The notes beneath the pieces were generated by a model that saw only the letters and a list, made by a program, of their open reading frames with translations, was not told the DNA's origin and did no database searches. Below are positions 51,851 through 61,558 of a stretch of DNA of 64,000 nt, piece by piece. How positions within the stretch are numbered: the first letter of the stretch is position 1; every line of letters starts with the position of its first letter. The translations under genes were made by a program, and so were the position numbers. Origin of the DNA: Clostridia bacterium (lineage in GTDB: Bacteria > Bacillota > Clostridia > TANB77 > CAG-465); contig JAOAHC010000045.1 of the NCBI GenBank assembly GCA_026415435.1, positions 99,069 to 163,068 on the forward strand, in the 5' to 3' direction.

Positions 51851-52984
51851 TTGTCAGTTAGAGAAATAGCAAAAAATAAGTATAGAATAGAAATACCAAT
51901 AGCATATATAGGTTCGAAAAGAAAAAGGCATGTTGAGACACTTGATAATACAACATTAAAGCAAGCAAAGCTTAGAGAAGCTGAGATAAAATTAGAATTA
52001 ACTAATAACAATTATATAAAGAAGATTAATATTACTTTTGAACAACTATTAGATGAATGGCTTAAAATGCAAGAAAGTAAACTTGCAATAAAAACATATA
52101 AGAACTATGTTAATTATTCTAAAAGAATTAAAGATAGTATAGGATATGTTAAATTAAAAGATATAAACCCTAGAATATTAGAAGGTTTTTATAATGATTT
52201 AAGAACAAATACGACTTATGCTGATAAGACAATAAAACATTACTATACATTAATTAATACAGTATTAAGTACAGCAGTTAAATGGGATTATATAAAAACT
52301 AATCCAAATACTAAAGTAGATAAAATTATTGTAAAAAAGAAGCAAGGAAGATTTTATACACCTGAACAAGTAGCTAAATTAGTAAATGCTCTAGAAAGTG
52401 AAAGCTTAAAGTATAAAGTATTAATTATACTAGCAATAGATACAGGATGTAGAAGAGGAGAACTTACAGGATTAGAATGGAATGATATAGACTTTGAAAA
52501 AGGGATTATATATATAAATAAAACTACTCAATATGTAGCAGGAATAGGAACCTTTGAAAAGGGAACAAAAGGAAATAGAGGATACACTAGTGATAGAAAA
52601 ATTCATATATCTAAAACAACTAAAGAATTATTATTAGAATTTAAGGAAGAACAAAGCAAACTTAAAGATAAACTAGGAGAATTGTGGCAAGGTAGCAAAA
52701 GAATCTTTACAACTGATTGGGGAGCAGATATGCATCCTAATACACCATCGGCTATACTTACTAAAATACTAGAGAGAAATAAACTAGATTATATAAATTT
52801 TCATGGATTAAGACATACTAGTATTTCATTACAAATTGAGTTAGGGATACAACCACAGGTTATATCTAAGAGAGCAGGACATAGCAATTTAAATACAACT
52901 CATAGTATATACTCTCATTTCTTTGAAAGCAGTTTTGAAGAAGTACCAGAAAAGATAGATGCTTTTTTACATGCATCAACATAA
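51851..52984 (+). CDS. int: Tyrosine integrase (phage/island type)
   Basis: HGLRHTSISL...AGHSNLNTTHSIYSH catalytic residues. AGGAGG RBS 8 nt before TTG 51851. The ORF track starts at 51821. Confidence 0.85.
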   Translation: MSVREIAKNKYRIEIPIAYIGSKRKRHVETLDNTTLKQAKLREAEIKLELTNNNYIKKINITFEQLLDEWLKMQESKLAIKTYKNYVNYSKRIKDSIGYVKLKDINPRILEGFYNDLRTNTTYADKTIKHYYTLINTVLSTAVKWDYIKTNPNTKVDKIIVKKKQGRFYTPEQVAKLVNALESESLKYKVLIILAIDTGCRRGELTGLEWNDIDFEKGIIYINKTTQYVAGIGTFEKGTKGNRGYTSDRKIHISKTTKELLLEFKEEQSKLKDKLGELWQGSKRIFTTDWGADMHPNTPSAILTKILERNKLDYINFHGLRHTSISLQIELGIQPQVISKRAGHSNLNTTHSIYSHFFESSFEEVPEKIDAFLHAST

Positions 52985-53027
52985 AAGAATAAGGAAAGAT
53001 AGAATAGCACTCTATCTTTCTATTTTT
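52957..53027. repeat. 3' end of int plus its terminator hairpin (AAAGATAGA...TCTATCTTT); copy 1 of a duplicated segment
   Basis: Duplicated at 54829-54900 as two blocks of 25 nt and 19 nt. Confidence 0.6.
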
Positions 53028-53138
53028 ATATTACGTATAATTGTAATTAATAAAAAAATATGATATATTTTTATATAAAAAGATAGTGTATAAAAAATAT
53101 CGTAAATTATTGATTTTCTAAGATTAGGAGGAATAATA

Positions 53139-53912
53139 ATGAAACAACCATATTTAGTATTAATTGAAAGTGAAGAAGTTAAAAGGAATAAAACTAAATT
53201 AAATATACCAGGAATTTATAATTTTTTGCCACATGTATATGATGCATTAATGAAATTACCTTTTTATTGCGGAAAATTAGCTGAAGATGATGATATTAAT
53301 ATGATAAAAATCCAGGACGTATTTCAGTTTTATATATATGACTTTCCATTCAAAATTAGAAATATATATTCATTAATGGAAATAGGAAGTTATGCAGATG
53401 CTGTTATTTTATACCGCTCACTAATTGAAAGTTTTATTTTTTATAAGTACTATATTTTAAGGAAAGATGGTCATGGATTAAGCAAATATATTCTAAGGGA
53501 ATCTAAAAAAACTTTAAAAGATATTTTTGAATGTGTTATCCCAGGCTATTATAATGATATATATAGTGAACTGTGTAAATTTACACATGGAAATCCATTA
53601 ATACAAGCTATATTTAGGGGTAACGTATCAAAAGATAAACCTTTAAAGTCAAATATTAATAATATTAATATTGATTGGTTTTCATACATTCATAATCAAT
53701 TAATTCCTTTAATTATTGGAGTAACTGAAATGTATAAAATTGTATTTCCTAATAATATTATAAAAAACGATGAAATATTAATTAAAGATTTAGAGTATGT
53801 TTATAAGTTTATTAATGATGATATAGATTATAGAAAAGAATTTTTTATAACCCAGTTGCCGATGATAAATTATTATAATAAAATAATTAGAATGAACTTA
53901 GATACAAATTAA
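53139..53912 (+). CDS. Hypothetical protein (257 aa)
   Basis: AGGAGG RBS. Confidence 0.55.
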   Translation: MKQPYLVLIESEEVKRNKTKLNIPGIYNFLPHVYDALMKLPFYCGKLAEDDDINMIKIQDVFQFYIYDFPFKIRNIYSLMEIGSYADAVILYRSLIESFIFYKYYILRKDGHGLSKYILRESKKTLKDIFECVIPGYYNDIYSELCKFTHGNPLIQAIFRGNVSKDKPLKSNINNINIDWFSYIHNQLIPLIIGVTEMYKIVFPNNIIKNDEILIKDLEYVYKFINDDIDYRKEFFITQLPMINYYNKIIRMNLDTN

Positions 53913-53989
53913 TATTAATAAAATACATAAACTTTAGAACTATTGTTCTTTTGGATTTTACATGTTATAATACTAAAAGGGGGTATAAT

Positions 53990-54739
53990 ATGGAACAGAA
54001 AGAATTATATAAAATAGTCAGTAAATATTTTTCTAATGAAATTAATTATATGAATGTATATGGGGATATAAAACAAGAAGAAATTGTTAAAATGTTTAAA
54101 TCACTATATTCTTATGAAAGACCTGATTTCTTTTCTATATATGATAATAAATTAATAGGAATAGAACATTTTGAATTTGATAGTTATAAGAAAAATACTA
54201 AAGGTAGTGATTATAGAAAAAAAGAAGCATTAATAAATAAAGAAGTAGATAAAGCTAATAAACAATTAAAAGTTAATAATGATATGATTATGCTACACAA
54301 TGAAATAGTTAATACTTCATCAGCTGAAAGTTATATTAATAATTTATATACTGTATTTAACAGTCACTATGAAAAAATAGCTGAGTATGAAAATAATTTT
54401 AAAACAGATGTTAATTTTAAAAATATGGAAATAGAAATTTGGTTTTTTATTGAAGATGTAACTCCTTTAGGAAATTTCTATATTAATGATAATGATAAAA
54501 TTTGTTTTTTTGATATTATTCATATTAAACAATTTATAGAATTATTAGCTAAATCTCCAAATGTTAAAGGTATAATAGGTACAAGTTTTAATGGGAAGGA
54601 AGATAAAATTAGCATTATAAAAAATAATAGTGAAACATTAAAAGTGTTAAAGTCAGAATGTGTTGACATTGAAACAAAAAAATTGCAGGCTTTTAATCCA
54701 CAATTATTAGATTATACACTAATTATACCTAAAAAATAA
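53990..54739 (+). CDS. Hypothetical protein (249 aa)
   Basis: AAGGGGG RBS before ATG 53990. Confidence 0.5.
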   Translation: MEQKELYKIVSKYFSNEINYMNVYGDIKQEEIVKMFKSLYSYERPDFFSIYDNKLIGIEHFEFDSYKKNTKGSDYRKKEALINKEVDKANKQLKVNNDMIMLHNEIVNTSSAESYINNLYTVFNSHYEKIAEYENNFKTDVNFKNMEIEIWFFIEDVTPLGNFYINDNDKICFFDIIHIKQFIELLAKSPNVKGIIGTSFNGKEDKISIIKNNSETLKVLKSECVDIETKKLQAFNPQLLDYTLIIPKK

Positions 54740-54828
54740 TAGTACGCATTATATGCAATTTGGTTTTTTTAAAATTACAAATGACCATTAGAGTATAAAT
54801 TGATATGTGAAAATATAAATAAGCAAAA

Positions 54829-54900
54829 AAAAGATGCACTTTTACATGCATCAACATAAAAGAATATTTATTTAAAAAAGAAGAATAGCACTCTATCTTT
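54829..54900. repeat. Remnant of an integrase 3' end (codons DALLHAST-stop) plus a terminator-like sequence; copy 2
   Basis: 54842-54866 is identical to 52967-52991, and 54882-54900 is identical to 53001-53019. Confidence 0.6.
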
Positions 54901-54929
54901 TCTAAAACATAATTAGATAAAATAAAAGT

Positions 54930-54950
54930 CCGACACTTTTTGGACACTTT
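54930..54950. repeat. Arm-type repeat CCGACACTTTTTGGACACTTT of element B (right end)
   Basis: Matches 43078-43098. Confidence 0.55.
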
Positions 54951-55017
54951 TTATAGTATTAACAAAATACATAAACTGTATAACCATTGATATGACTGAC
55001 TTTTAAACTATATAAGA

Positions 55018-55093
55018 TGGTCGGAGTGACAGGACTTGAACCTGCAACCCCATGGTCCCAAACCACGTGCGCTACCAATTGCGCTACACCCCG
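55018..55093 (-). tRNA. tRNA-Pro (anticodon UGG) with encoded CCA
   Basis: The reverse complement folds as a cloverleaf, CGGGGTG...TTTGGGA...GGTTCAAGTCCTGTCACTCCGACCA, very similar to Bacillus tRNA-Pro. Confidence 0.9.
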
Positions 55094-55262
55094 AAATGGT
55101 ACGAAACATATTATAACATTTTATGCGAAAAAAATCAACACTTTTTTCTAAATTCTAAAAAAATATTGACTTTAGAGTAAAAAAAGTATAATATATACTA
55201 TATGAAAAATGCTATATAATAGTACGTTTTTTAATATATGAATTGATTTTTAGGAGAATAAA

Positions 55263-55664
55263 ATGCAAATATATTGCGGTACAGATATAATTGAAGTTGA
55301 AAGAATAAAAGAAGCAATTGAATCTAATGTGGATTTTAAGTATAAAGTGTATACTCAAAAAGAAATACAAGATATTGATCATATAAAAAGTGATATGAAA
55401 TATCAAAGATATGCAGGTAGATTTGCTGCTAAAGAGGCAGTGTACAAAGCTTTATCACAGATATTGTGCAATAATAATTTGGAAATAGAATATAATCAAA
55501 TTGAAGTTGAAAATATTGATAATCTTAAAAGAAGACCTAAAGTAGATATACTAGAAAATAAAGTGAAAAATGTATTAGAAAAATTAGATTGTAATATAGA
55601 TTTAAGTATCTCACACGTTAAAGATACTGCTATTGCTATGGTAGTAGTAAAAGTTGAGGAATAA
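55263..55664 (+). CDS. acpS: Holo-ACP synthase (4'-phosphopantetheinyl transferase)
   Basis: 133 aa with the patterns GTDIIEVERI and RFAAKEAVYKAL. Confidence 0.85.
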   Translation: MQIYCGTDIIEVERIKEAIESNVDFKYKVYTQKEIQDIDHIKSDMKYQRYAGRFAAKEAVYKALSQILCNNNLEIEYNQIEVENIDNLKRRPKVDILENKVKNVLEKLDCNIDLSISHVKDTAIAMVVVKVEE

Positions 55665-55678
55665 AGGAGAAATTAGCT

Positions 55679-57616
55679 ATGAAAGAAAAGTTTTATATAA
55701 CTACACCTATATATTATCCAAGTGGAAACCTACACGTAGGACACTGTTATTGTACAGTTGTTGCAGATGTTATTGCAAGATATAACAGATTGTCAGGAAA
55801 AGACGTGTTTTTTTTAACTGGAACAGATGAACATGGTCAAAAAATAGAGGGTAAGGCTCAAGAATCTGGACTTACACCAAAGGAATATGTGGATAACATA
55901 GTTGCAAATTCAAAGCTATTGTGGAAAGATTTAGGTATTTCATACGATAAATTTATCCGTACTACTGACGAAGAACATAAAGAATGTGTAAGAAAAATAT
56001 TTCAAAAACTATACGATAAAGGTGATATATATAAAAGTGAATATGAAGGATGGTATTGTACACCATGCGAATCATTTTTTACTGAATCTCAATTAGTAGA
56101 TTCTAAATGCCCTGATTGTGGTAGAGAAGTAGAAAAATTAAAAGAAGAAAGCTACTTTTTTAAATTATCTAAATATCAAGATAGACTAAAGAAATTTTTT
56201 GAAGATAATCCTGAATTTTTAGAGCCAGAAAGTAGAAGAAATGAAATGTTTTCAAGCTTTATAAATCAAGGACTAGATGATTTATCTGTTTCACGTACAA
56301 CATTTAAATGGGGTATAGAAGTTCCATTTGATACTAAACATATTGTATACGTATGGATAGACGCTCTTTCAAACTATATTTCTGCTTTAGGATATTTAAC
56401 AGAAGACGAGTCACTATTTAATAAGTTTTGGCCAGCTAATATTCATTTGGTTGGTAAAGAAATAACTCGTTTTCACTCTATAATTTGGCCTGCGCTATTA
56501 ATGGCGTTAGAACTTCCTATGCCTAAAAAAGTTTTTGGACATGGTTGGTTATTAGTAGATAATACTAAAATATCAAAATCTAGAGGAAATTATAAAGATC
56601 CAAGAGAGTATATACAATATTCTTCAGTGGATGCTTTAAGATATTATTTACTAAAAGAAGTAAGATTAGGTCAAGATGGCAATTTTTCAGAAGAGCTATA
56701 TATTAAAAAAATAAACTCAGACTTAGCTAATGATTTAGGTAATCTAATAAGCAGAACTATTGCAATGGCTGAAAAATATAATAATGGAGTACTTGATAAA
56801 GAATCATATAAAAATTTAGTTCATGAACAATCTGATAAAGATTTAATTGATATGGTAAGCAATGTCGTTATAAACTATGAAAAACATATGGAACAAAGTA
56901 GACCTGATTTAGCTCTTGAAGTGATAATGAAATGTGTTAGTTTTTCAAATAAATACATAGATTTAAATGAACCATGGATTTTAGCAAAAAGCGAAGATAA
57001 AAAACAAAGATTAAATAAGGTACTATATATACTTGCTGAAAATATAAGAATAATTAGTGTATTGTTAAAACCGTACATGATTAATATTCCTGGAAAAATC
57101 TTTGAACAACTAGGAATAAAAGATAATAGTGAAATACTAGAATATAGCAGTGTTAAAACATTTGGTCAAATACCTAATAACACTGTTTGCAAAAAAACAG
57201 AAAATATCTTTCCAAGAATAGATATTGAAGTTATGTTAAATGAAAGAAATAAAAGTGAGGATGTGAAAAAAGTGGAAGAAGTAGTTAAAAAACCTAATGT
57301 TTCAATAGATGAATTCGATAAAATTGAACTGAGAGTTGGTCAAATATTACAAGTAGAAAGAATCGAAAAATCAGATAAACTTTACAAACTTTTAGTTGAT
57401 ATTGGTATAGAAAAAAGAGTAATAGTATCAGGTATAGTACCATATTATACAGAATCTGAACTATTAGGTAGAAAAATAGTAGTAATATCTAACTTAAATC
57501 CTGTTAAATTGAGGGGCGTTGAGTCACAAGGAATGCTACTTGCTGGTGGAGAAAAGGATGTTGTTAAACTTCTTAGTATAGATGATTGTATAGAAAACGG
57601 TACACTTATTCACTAA
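55679..57616 (+). CDS. metG: Methionyl-tRNA synthetase with a C-terminal tRNA-binding domain
   Basis: HIGH motif (HVGHCY), KMSKS variant (KISKS) and a zinc knuckle CTPC...CPDC. Confidence 0.95.
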   Translation: MKEKFYITTPIYYPSGNLHVGHCYCTVVADVIARYNRLSGKDVFFLTGTDEHGQKIEGKAQESGLTPKEYVDNIVANSKLLWKDLGISYDKFIRTTDEEHKECVRKIFQKLYDKGDIYKSEYEGWYCTPCESFFTESQLVDSKCPDCGREVEKLKEESYFFKLSKYQDRLKKFFEDNPEFLEPESRRNEMFSSFINQGLDDLSVSRTTFKWGIEVPFDTKHIVYVWIDALSNYISALGYLTEDESLFNKFWPANIHLVGKEITRFHSIIWPALLMALELPMPKKVFGHGWLLVDNTKISKSRGNYKDPREYIQYSSVDALRYYLLKEVRLGQDGNFSEELYIKKINSDLANDLGNLISRTIAMAEKYNNGVLDKESYKNLVHEQSDKDLIDMVSNVVINYEKHMEQSRPDLALEVIMKCVSFSNKYIDLNEPWILAKSEDKKQRLNKVLYILAENIRIISVLLKPYMINIPGKIFEQLGIKDNSEILEYSSVKTFGQIPNNTVCKKTENIFPRIDIEVMLNERNKSEDVKKVEEVVKKPNVSIDEFDKIELRVGQILQVERIEKSDKLYKLLVDIGIEKRVIVSGIVPYYTESELLGRKIVVISNLNPVKLRGVESQGMLLAGGEKDVVKLLSIDDCIENGTLIH

Positions 57617-57642
57617 AAAAGCAAAAATAAGGGGAGAAAAGA

Positions 57643-58275
57643 ATGATAAAAGAAAACAAGGTTTTAAAAGAGATTATTGAGTGGGTACTATGTTTTGCAA
57701 TAGCATTTGCTCTATATCTGGTTATTAACTATTTTTTTGGAACTGTAACAGGTGTAAGACAGGTCTCAATGAAACCAACGACAATTGAGGGAGATAAATT
57801 ACTTATACAAAGACCAACAATATTTAAAAAGAAAATAAACTATGGAGATATAATAACATTTGAATCTCCAATAGATCCTGTAAGTAATATGTCTGCAGAT
57901 CCAAATGATGTTAAATCCAAATATCAAGACTTAAGTGGAATAAATAGTTTTTTATATCATTTTGTGGGTGTTGGAAAATTAAGCTATATTAAAAGAGTAA
58001 TTGGTCTTCCAGGAGATCATATAGTTGTAGCGCAAGATGGATATGCATATAGAAATAATGAAAAGTTAGTTGAAAATTATTTAAAAGATGGTACAACTAA
58101 TCAAAATGGTGTTTATACCGATGTTACGGTACCAGATGGATATGTTTTTGTAATGGGAGATAACAGATTAGAGAGTAAAGATTCTAGAATATTTGGATGT
58201 ATTCCTGAAAGTAAAGTTGATGGATACGTTATTACTAGAGTTTGGCCACTTTCTAAATTCGGTAAATTAAAATAG
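57643..58275 (+). CDS. lepB: Signal peptidase I
   Basis: N-terminal TM helix, catalytic Ser box, GDNRLESKDSR. Confidence 0.85.
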   Translation: MIKENKVLKEIIEWVLCFAIAFALYLVINYFFGTVTGVRQVSMKPTTIEGDKLLIQRPTIFKKKINYGDIITFESPIDPVSNMSADPNDVKSKYQDLSGINSFLYHFVGVGKLSYIKRVIGLPGDHIVVAQDGYAYRNNEKLVENYLKDGTTNQNGVYTDVTVPDGYVFVMGDNRLESKDSRIFGCIPESKVDGYVITRVWPLSKFGKLK

Positions 58276-58290
58276 AAAAGGGGTGGATAT

Positions 58291-59124
58291 ATGTTTGAAA
58301 ATATAATTGGTCATGATAAGACATTAGGATTTTTGCAAGAAGCTATAAAGTCAAACAATATATCTCACGCCTATTTATTTAATGGACAAAAAGGAATAGG
58401 GAAATCAGCAATTGCAAAAGAATTTGCAAAATTAATACTTAAAACTGATAATTTAGAATCAAATGTTGACTATAAATATATAGCTAAGTTAGAAGATAAA
58501 AAAGACATTCTGGTTGAACAAATTAGGAAGGAACTAATTGATGACATATACATAGTTCCTGCCACTTCTGATAAAAAGGTATATGTTATAGATGATGCAC
58601 AAGATTTAAATATAGCTGCGCAAAATGCTTTACTTAAAACTTTGGAAGAACCACCAAAATATGTTGTCGTTATTTTAGTATCTAATTTAACTAGTAAATT
58701 CTTACCCACAATAATATCAAGGTTAAATATTATAAATTTTAGTCCACTGAGTAAAGAGGAATTGAAAAAATATTTTGATGAAAAATATAAGGTGGAAATT
58801 AACGATAGAATATATGATTTTACAAATGGTTCGATGGGTTTACTTGATGAAATAATGCAAAAGAATATGTTAGCAGATTTTAACAATATTGATTTAATAT
58901 ATGAAAGTATAGAATCAAAAGATAGCGTAAAAAGTTTGTTTTATTCTCAAAAAGTAGATTTTTCCAATGCGAACCTTCTAGACTATCTTGAGTTTATACT
59001 ATATAGTAATTTTAAATATTCTTGCGTTAATATTGTAGAAAAAGCAAAAGAAAGATTGAAATATAACGGAAACTATGATATAGTTATTGATAGCATGATA
59101 TTAAAAATAATAGAAAATAGTTAG
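58291..59124 (+). CDS. holB: DNA polymerase III delta-prime subunit
   Basis: AAA+ clamp-loader fold (GQKGIGKS; YVIDDAQDL). Confidence 0.75.
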   Translation: MFENIIGHDKTLGFLQEAIKSNNISHAYLFNGQKGIGKSAIAKEFAKLILKTDNLESNVDYKYIAKLEDKKDILVEQIRKELIDDIYIVPATSDKKVYVIDDAQDLNIAAQNALLKTLEEPPKYVVVILVSNLTSKFLPTIISRLNIINFSPLSKEELKKYFDEKYKVEINDRIYDFTNGSMGLLDEIMQKNMLADFNNIDLIYESIESKDSVKSLFYSQKVDFSNANLLDYLEFILYSNFKYSCVNIVEKAKERLKYNGNYDIVIDSMILKIIENS

Positions 59125-59134
59125 GTGAATATAG

Positions 59135-59983
59135 ATGGATAAGATTTTAGGTGTTAGATTTAAAAAAACAGGAAAATTATGCTATTTTAATCCGTTGAAA
59201 TTTGGTTTTAGAATAGGCGATATGATAATTGCAAATACCGAAAGAGGAGAAGAAATAGGTAGAGTTGTTAAAATAATAGATAAAGAGCAGATTTCAAAAG
59301 ATATTGTAGTGCAAGATATAATAAAGCCTGCAACTAAAAATGATTTGCTAATTCAAAAAGAAAACGAGAGAATGGCTGTAAAAGCAGCAGATTTTTGTAA
59401 AGAGCAAGCAAAAAAACTTAATCTTAACATGAAGGTGTTAATGGCTGAATATACTTTTGATGGATCTAAACTTACTATATACTTTTCTTCAGAAGAAAGA
59501 GTTGACTTTAGAGAACTTGTAAAACTACTTGCTACTGAATTTAGAGTTAGAATAGACCTAAGGCAAGTTGGACCAAGAGATGAAATAAAATCATATCCTA
59601 ATTTAGGAATGTGTGGCAAAGAAGTATGCTGTAGAACACATCTGCAGGATTTTGAGCCTGTGACTATTAAAATGGCTAAAGAACAAGGGTTGCAGATAAA
59701 TATGGCTAAACTGTCAGGTGCTTGTGGTAGACTTATGTGCTGTCTTAAATATGAAGAAGAAATATATAAAGAGAATTTAAAGAAATTGCCTAGAGTTGGA
59801 GAATTTGTAACTGTTGATAAAGAACAAGGTAAAGTAGTTGCAATAGATATTTTGGGTCTTAAGGTAAAAGTTAGATTTGGTACTACTAGAGAAGATGAAA
59901 GATATGAACAATATCCTGTAGAAAAAGTGAAGTGGAATAATAATAAAAATGTGGTAGAAGAATCAGGAGAAAACGAAGAATAG
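59135..59983 (+). CDS. yaaT: PSP1-domain protein (stage 0 sporulation YaaT-like)
   Basis: Cys-rich PSP1 C-terminal domain, in the conserved holB-yaaT order. Confidence 0.75.
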   Translation: MDKILGVRFKKTGKLCYFNPLKFGFRIGDMIIANTERGEEIGRVVKIIDKEQISKDIVVQDIIKPATKNDLLIQKENERMAVKAADFCKEQAKKLNLNMKVLMAEYTFDGSKLTIYFSSEERVDFRELVKLLATEFRVRIDLRQVGPRDEIKSYPNLGMCGKEVCCRTHLQDFEPVTIKMAKEQGLQINMAKLSGACGRLMCCLKYEEEIYKENLKKLPRVGEFVTVDKEQGKVVAIDILGLKVKVRFGTTREDERYEQYPVEKVKWNNNKNVVEESGENEE

Positions 59984-60005
59984 AAGTATTAAGGAGGTGA
60001 GTAAT

Positions 60006-60176
60006 TTGGCATATAGAATAACAGATAAATGTATTTCTTGCGGAGTGTGTGAAGCAGAATGCCCAGTAAACGCTATAAGTCAAGGTGAAGATAAATATGT
60101 AGTGGATGAAAATCTATGTATTGATTGTGGAGCATGCGCTTCAGTTTGTCCAGTGGCTGCACCAGAACCTAAGTAA
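60006..60176 (+). CDS. 2x[4Fe-4S] ferredoxin (56 aa)
   Basis: CISCGVCEAECP and CIDCGACASVCP motifs. TTG start after AGGAGGTGA. Not in the ORF track because it is under 60 aa. Confidence 0.8.
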   Translation: MAYRITDKCISCGVCEAECPVNAISQGEDKYVVDENLCIDCGACASVCPVAAPEPK

Positions 60177-60208
60177 ATAAAAAGTTATAAAACAGATAAA
60201 TATATAGC

Positions 60209-60243
60209 AAGAGTGAACTGAATTAACTATTCAGTTCACTCTT
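60209..60243. terminator. Perfect palindrome acting as a bidirectional terminator (AAGAGTGAACTGAAT-TAAC-TATTCAGTTCACTCTT)
   Basis: Lies between convergent genes. Confidence 0.7.
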
Positions 60244-60248
60244 ACTTG

Positions 60249-60848
60249 TTATGTGAGGCTAAATTTTTCAAGTTCCCAATTAAAGTCTACTTGAAATGTT
60301 GCTATTATCTGTTTTTCCAGAGTAATAGATAGATCTACGGTTCTTTTTTCATCAAAGTCCGTTGAGAATATCCAGAGATATTCATTGTGCTGAGAACTAT
60401 CTTCATTTAGTGATACAGAAGAGACTTTACTCAAATGATTTTGAATAGGACGATCGCACGTCACATCTAAAGTCCTTTCCTTTCCATTTTCCCAGTACTG
60501 AATGATCAATACGATATTTTTTTCGGTACAGGATGTTATTTTATTTCCCTTTAGTTCTGAGCCTAGTGAACGATATACTCTGAAATTACCAGTGTTTATC
60601 TCTCTTTGTGTGTTGTTGAATTTCAACATATCTTTGCTGCTACTGAAGAATATAACAGAAGAACCTATTTTTAAATCAATTTTTTTGGTATTATCGGAAG
60701 AGAGAATGTTTTGAAATTCATAAAATGGATTGAGTAAGAAATCTCTTGGCCAACCGTGTTTTATAACAAATATGGTTGCAAGCTCGCCATTTTTCTTAGA
60801 TAAGCACATGTTGTACCTGCGCATACCCACTCTTGCATATGTACTCAT
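60249..60848 (-). CDS. Hypothetical protein; paralog of 61010-61558
   Basis: AGGAGGA RBS. GC content is above the local background. Shares C-terminal similarity with its neighbour. Confidence 0.6.
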   Translation of the reverse strand: MSTYARVGMRRYNMCLSKKNGELATIFVIKHGWPRDFLLNPFYEFQNILSSDNTKKIDLKIGSSVIFFSSSKDMLKFNNTQREINTGNFRVYRSLGSELKGNKITSCTEKNIVLIIQYWENGKERTLDVTCDRPIQNHLSKVSSVSLNEDSSQHNEYLWIFSTDFDEKRTVDLSITLEKQIIATFQVDFNWELEKFSLT

Positions 60849-60964
60849 AGAATCCTCCTATTTAGTATAATAGTTAGTAAAGTAAATTCTTAATATTATA
60901 CAATGAAAATCATATTATGTCAATGGTTATGGCGGAATACAAGCGATTATGCATAAATGAAAAT

Positions 60965-60998
60965 AAAATGAACTGAATAATAATTCAGTTCATTTTTT
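60965..60998. terminator. Palindromic terminator (AAAATGAACTGAAT-AATA-ATTCAGTTCATTTT) for the 61010-61558 gene
   Basis: Shares the core TGAACTGAAT...ATTCAGTTCA with the 60209 hairpin. Confidence 0.65.
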
Positions 60999-61009
60999 GA
61001 AATTGGTTT

Positions 61010-61558
61010 TTAATCTTGCGTAGGGCTTATCTCGAAATTCAGAAGAGCTTTCAAGCCTATTGTGATTGATAAATCAATCATAGCTTCATCATTTTCTCCT
61101 TCTAGATCTCTGGATATTACCCATAAATGTTCAGTTTGAAAGGTTTTCCCAGAATCAGTTGATACAGATGAAGTTTTATAAATAAAATCATTTATAAATT
61201 GACAGTCAATGCTTATACCTTGGGGGATCCCTTCTTCCTTATATTGAACTATTATAGCAATCTTGCCTTCTTCAGGTGAAATAGCATTCTTTGTTAGATT
61301 AGCATGAGGGGCGTAGTATACTGCTAGATTATCCAGCTTTTCAATGAAATTTTCATCGACTACACATACCGCATTTGCTTTATTGCTTTCGAAAAGAACA
61401 ACATCTTTAACAATTTTGAGAGAATTTATTTCTCCTTCCCGATCAGCTGAAGTATTTTCAAGCTGCAAAAATATAGGAAATAAAAAGTTTTCGAAACTAC
61501 TATCTCTTGCAATAATGTCACAGTATTTTTTTTCTACTTCTACTCGTTGAGCAATCAT
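61010..61558 (-). CDS. Hypothetical protein; paralog of 60249-60848
   Basis: AGGGGGAT RBS. Blocks such as IIVQYKEEGIPQGISIDC and HLWVISRDLEGENDEAMIDLSITIGLKAL align to the neighbour. Confidence 0.6.
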   Translation of the reverse strand: MIAQRVEVEKKYCDIIARDSSFENFLFPIFLQLENTSADREGEINSLKIVKDVVLFESNKANAVCVVDENFIEKLDNLAVYYAPHANLTKNAISPEEGKIAIIVQYKEEGIPQGISIDCQFINDFIYKTSSVSTDSGKTFQTEHLWVISRDLEGENDEAMIDLSITIGLKALLNFEISPTQD

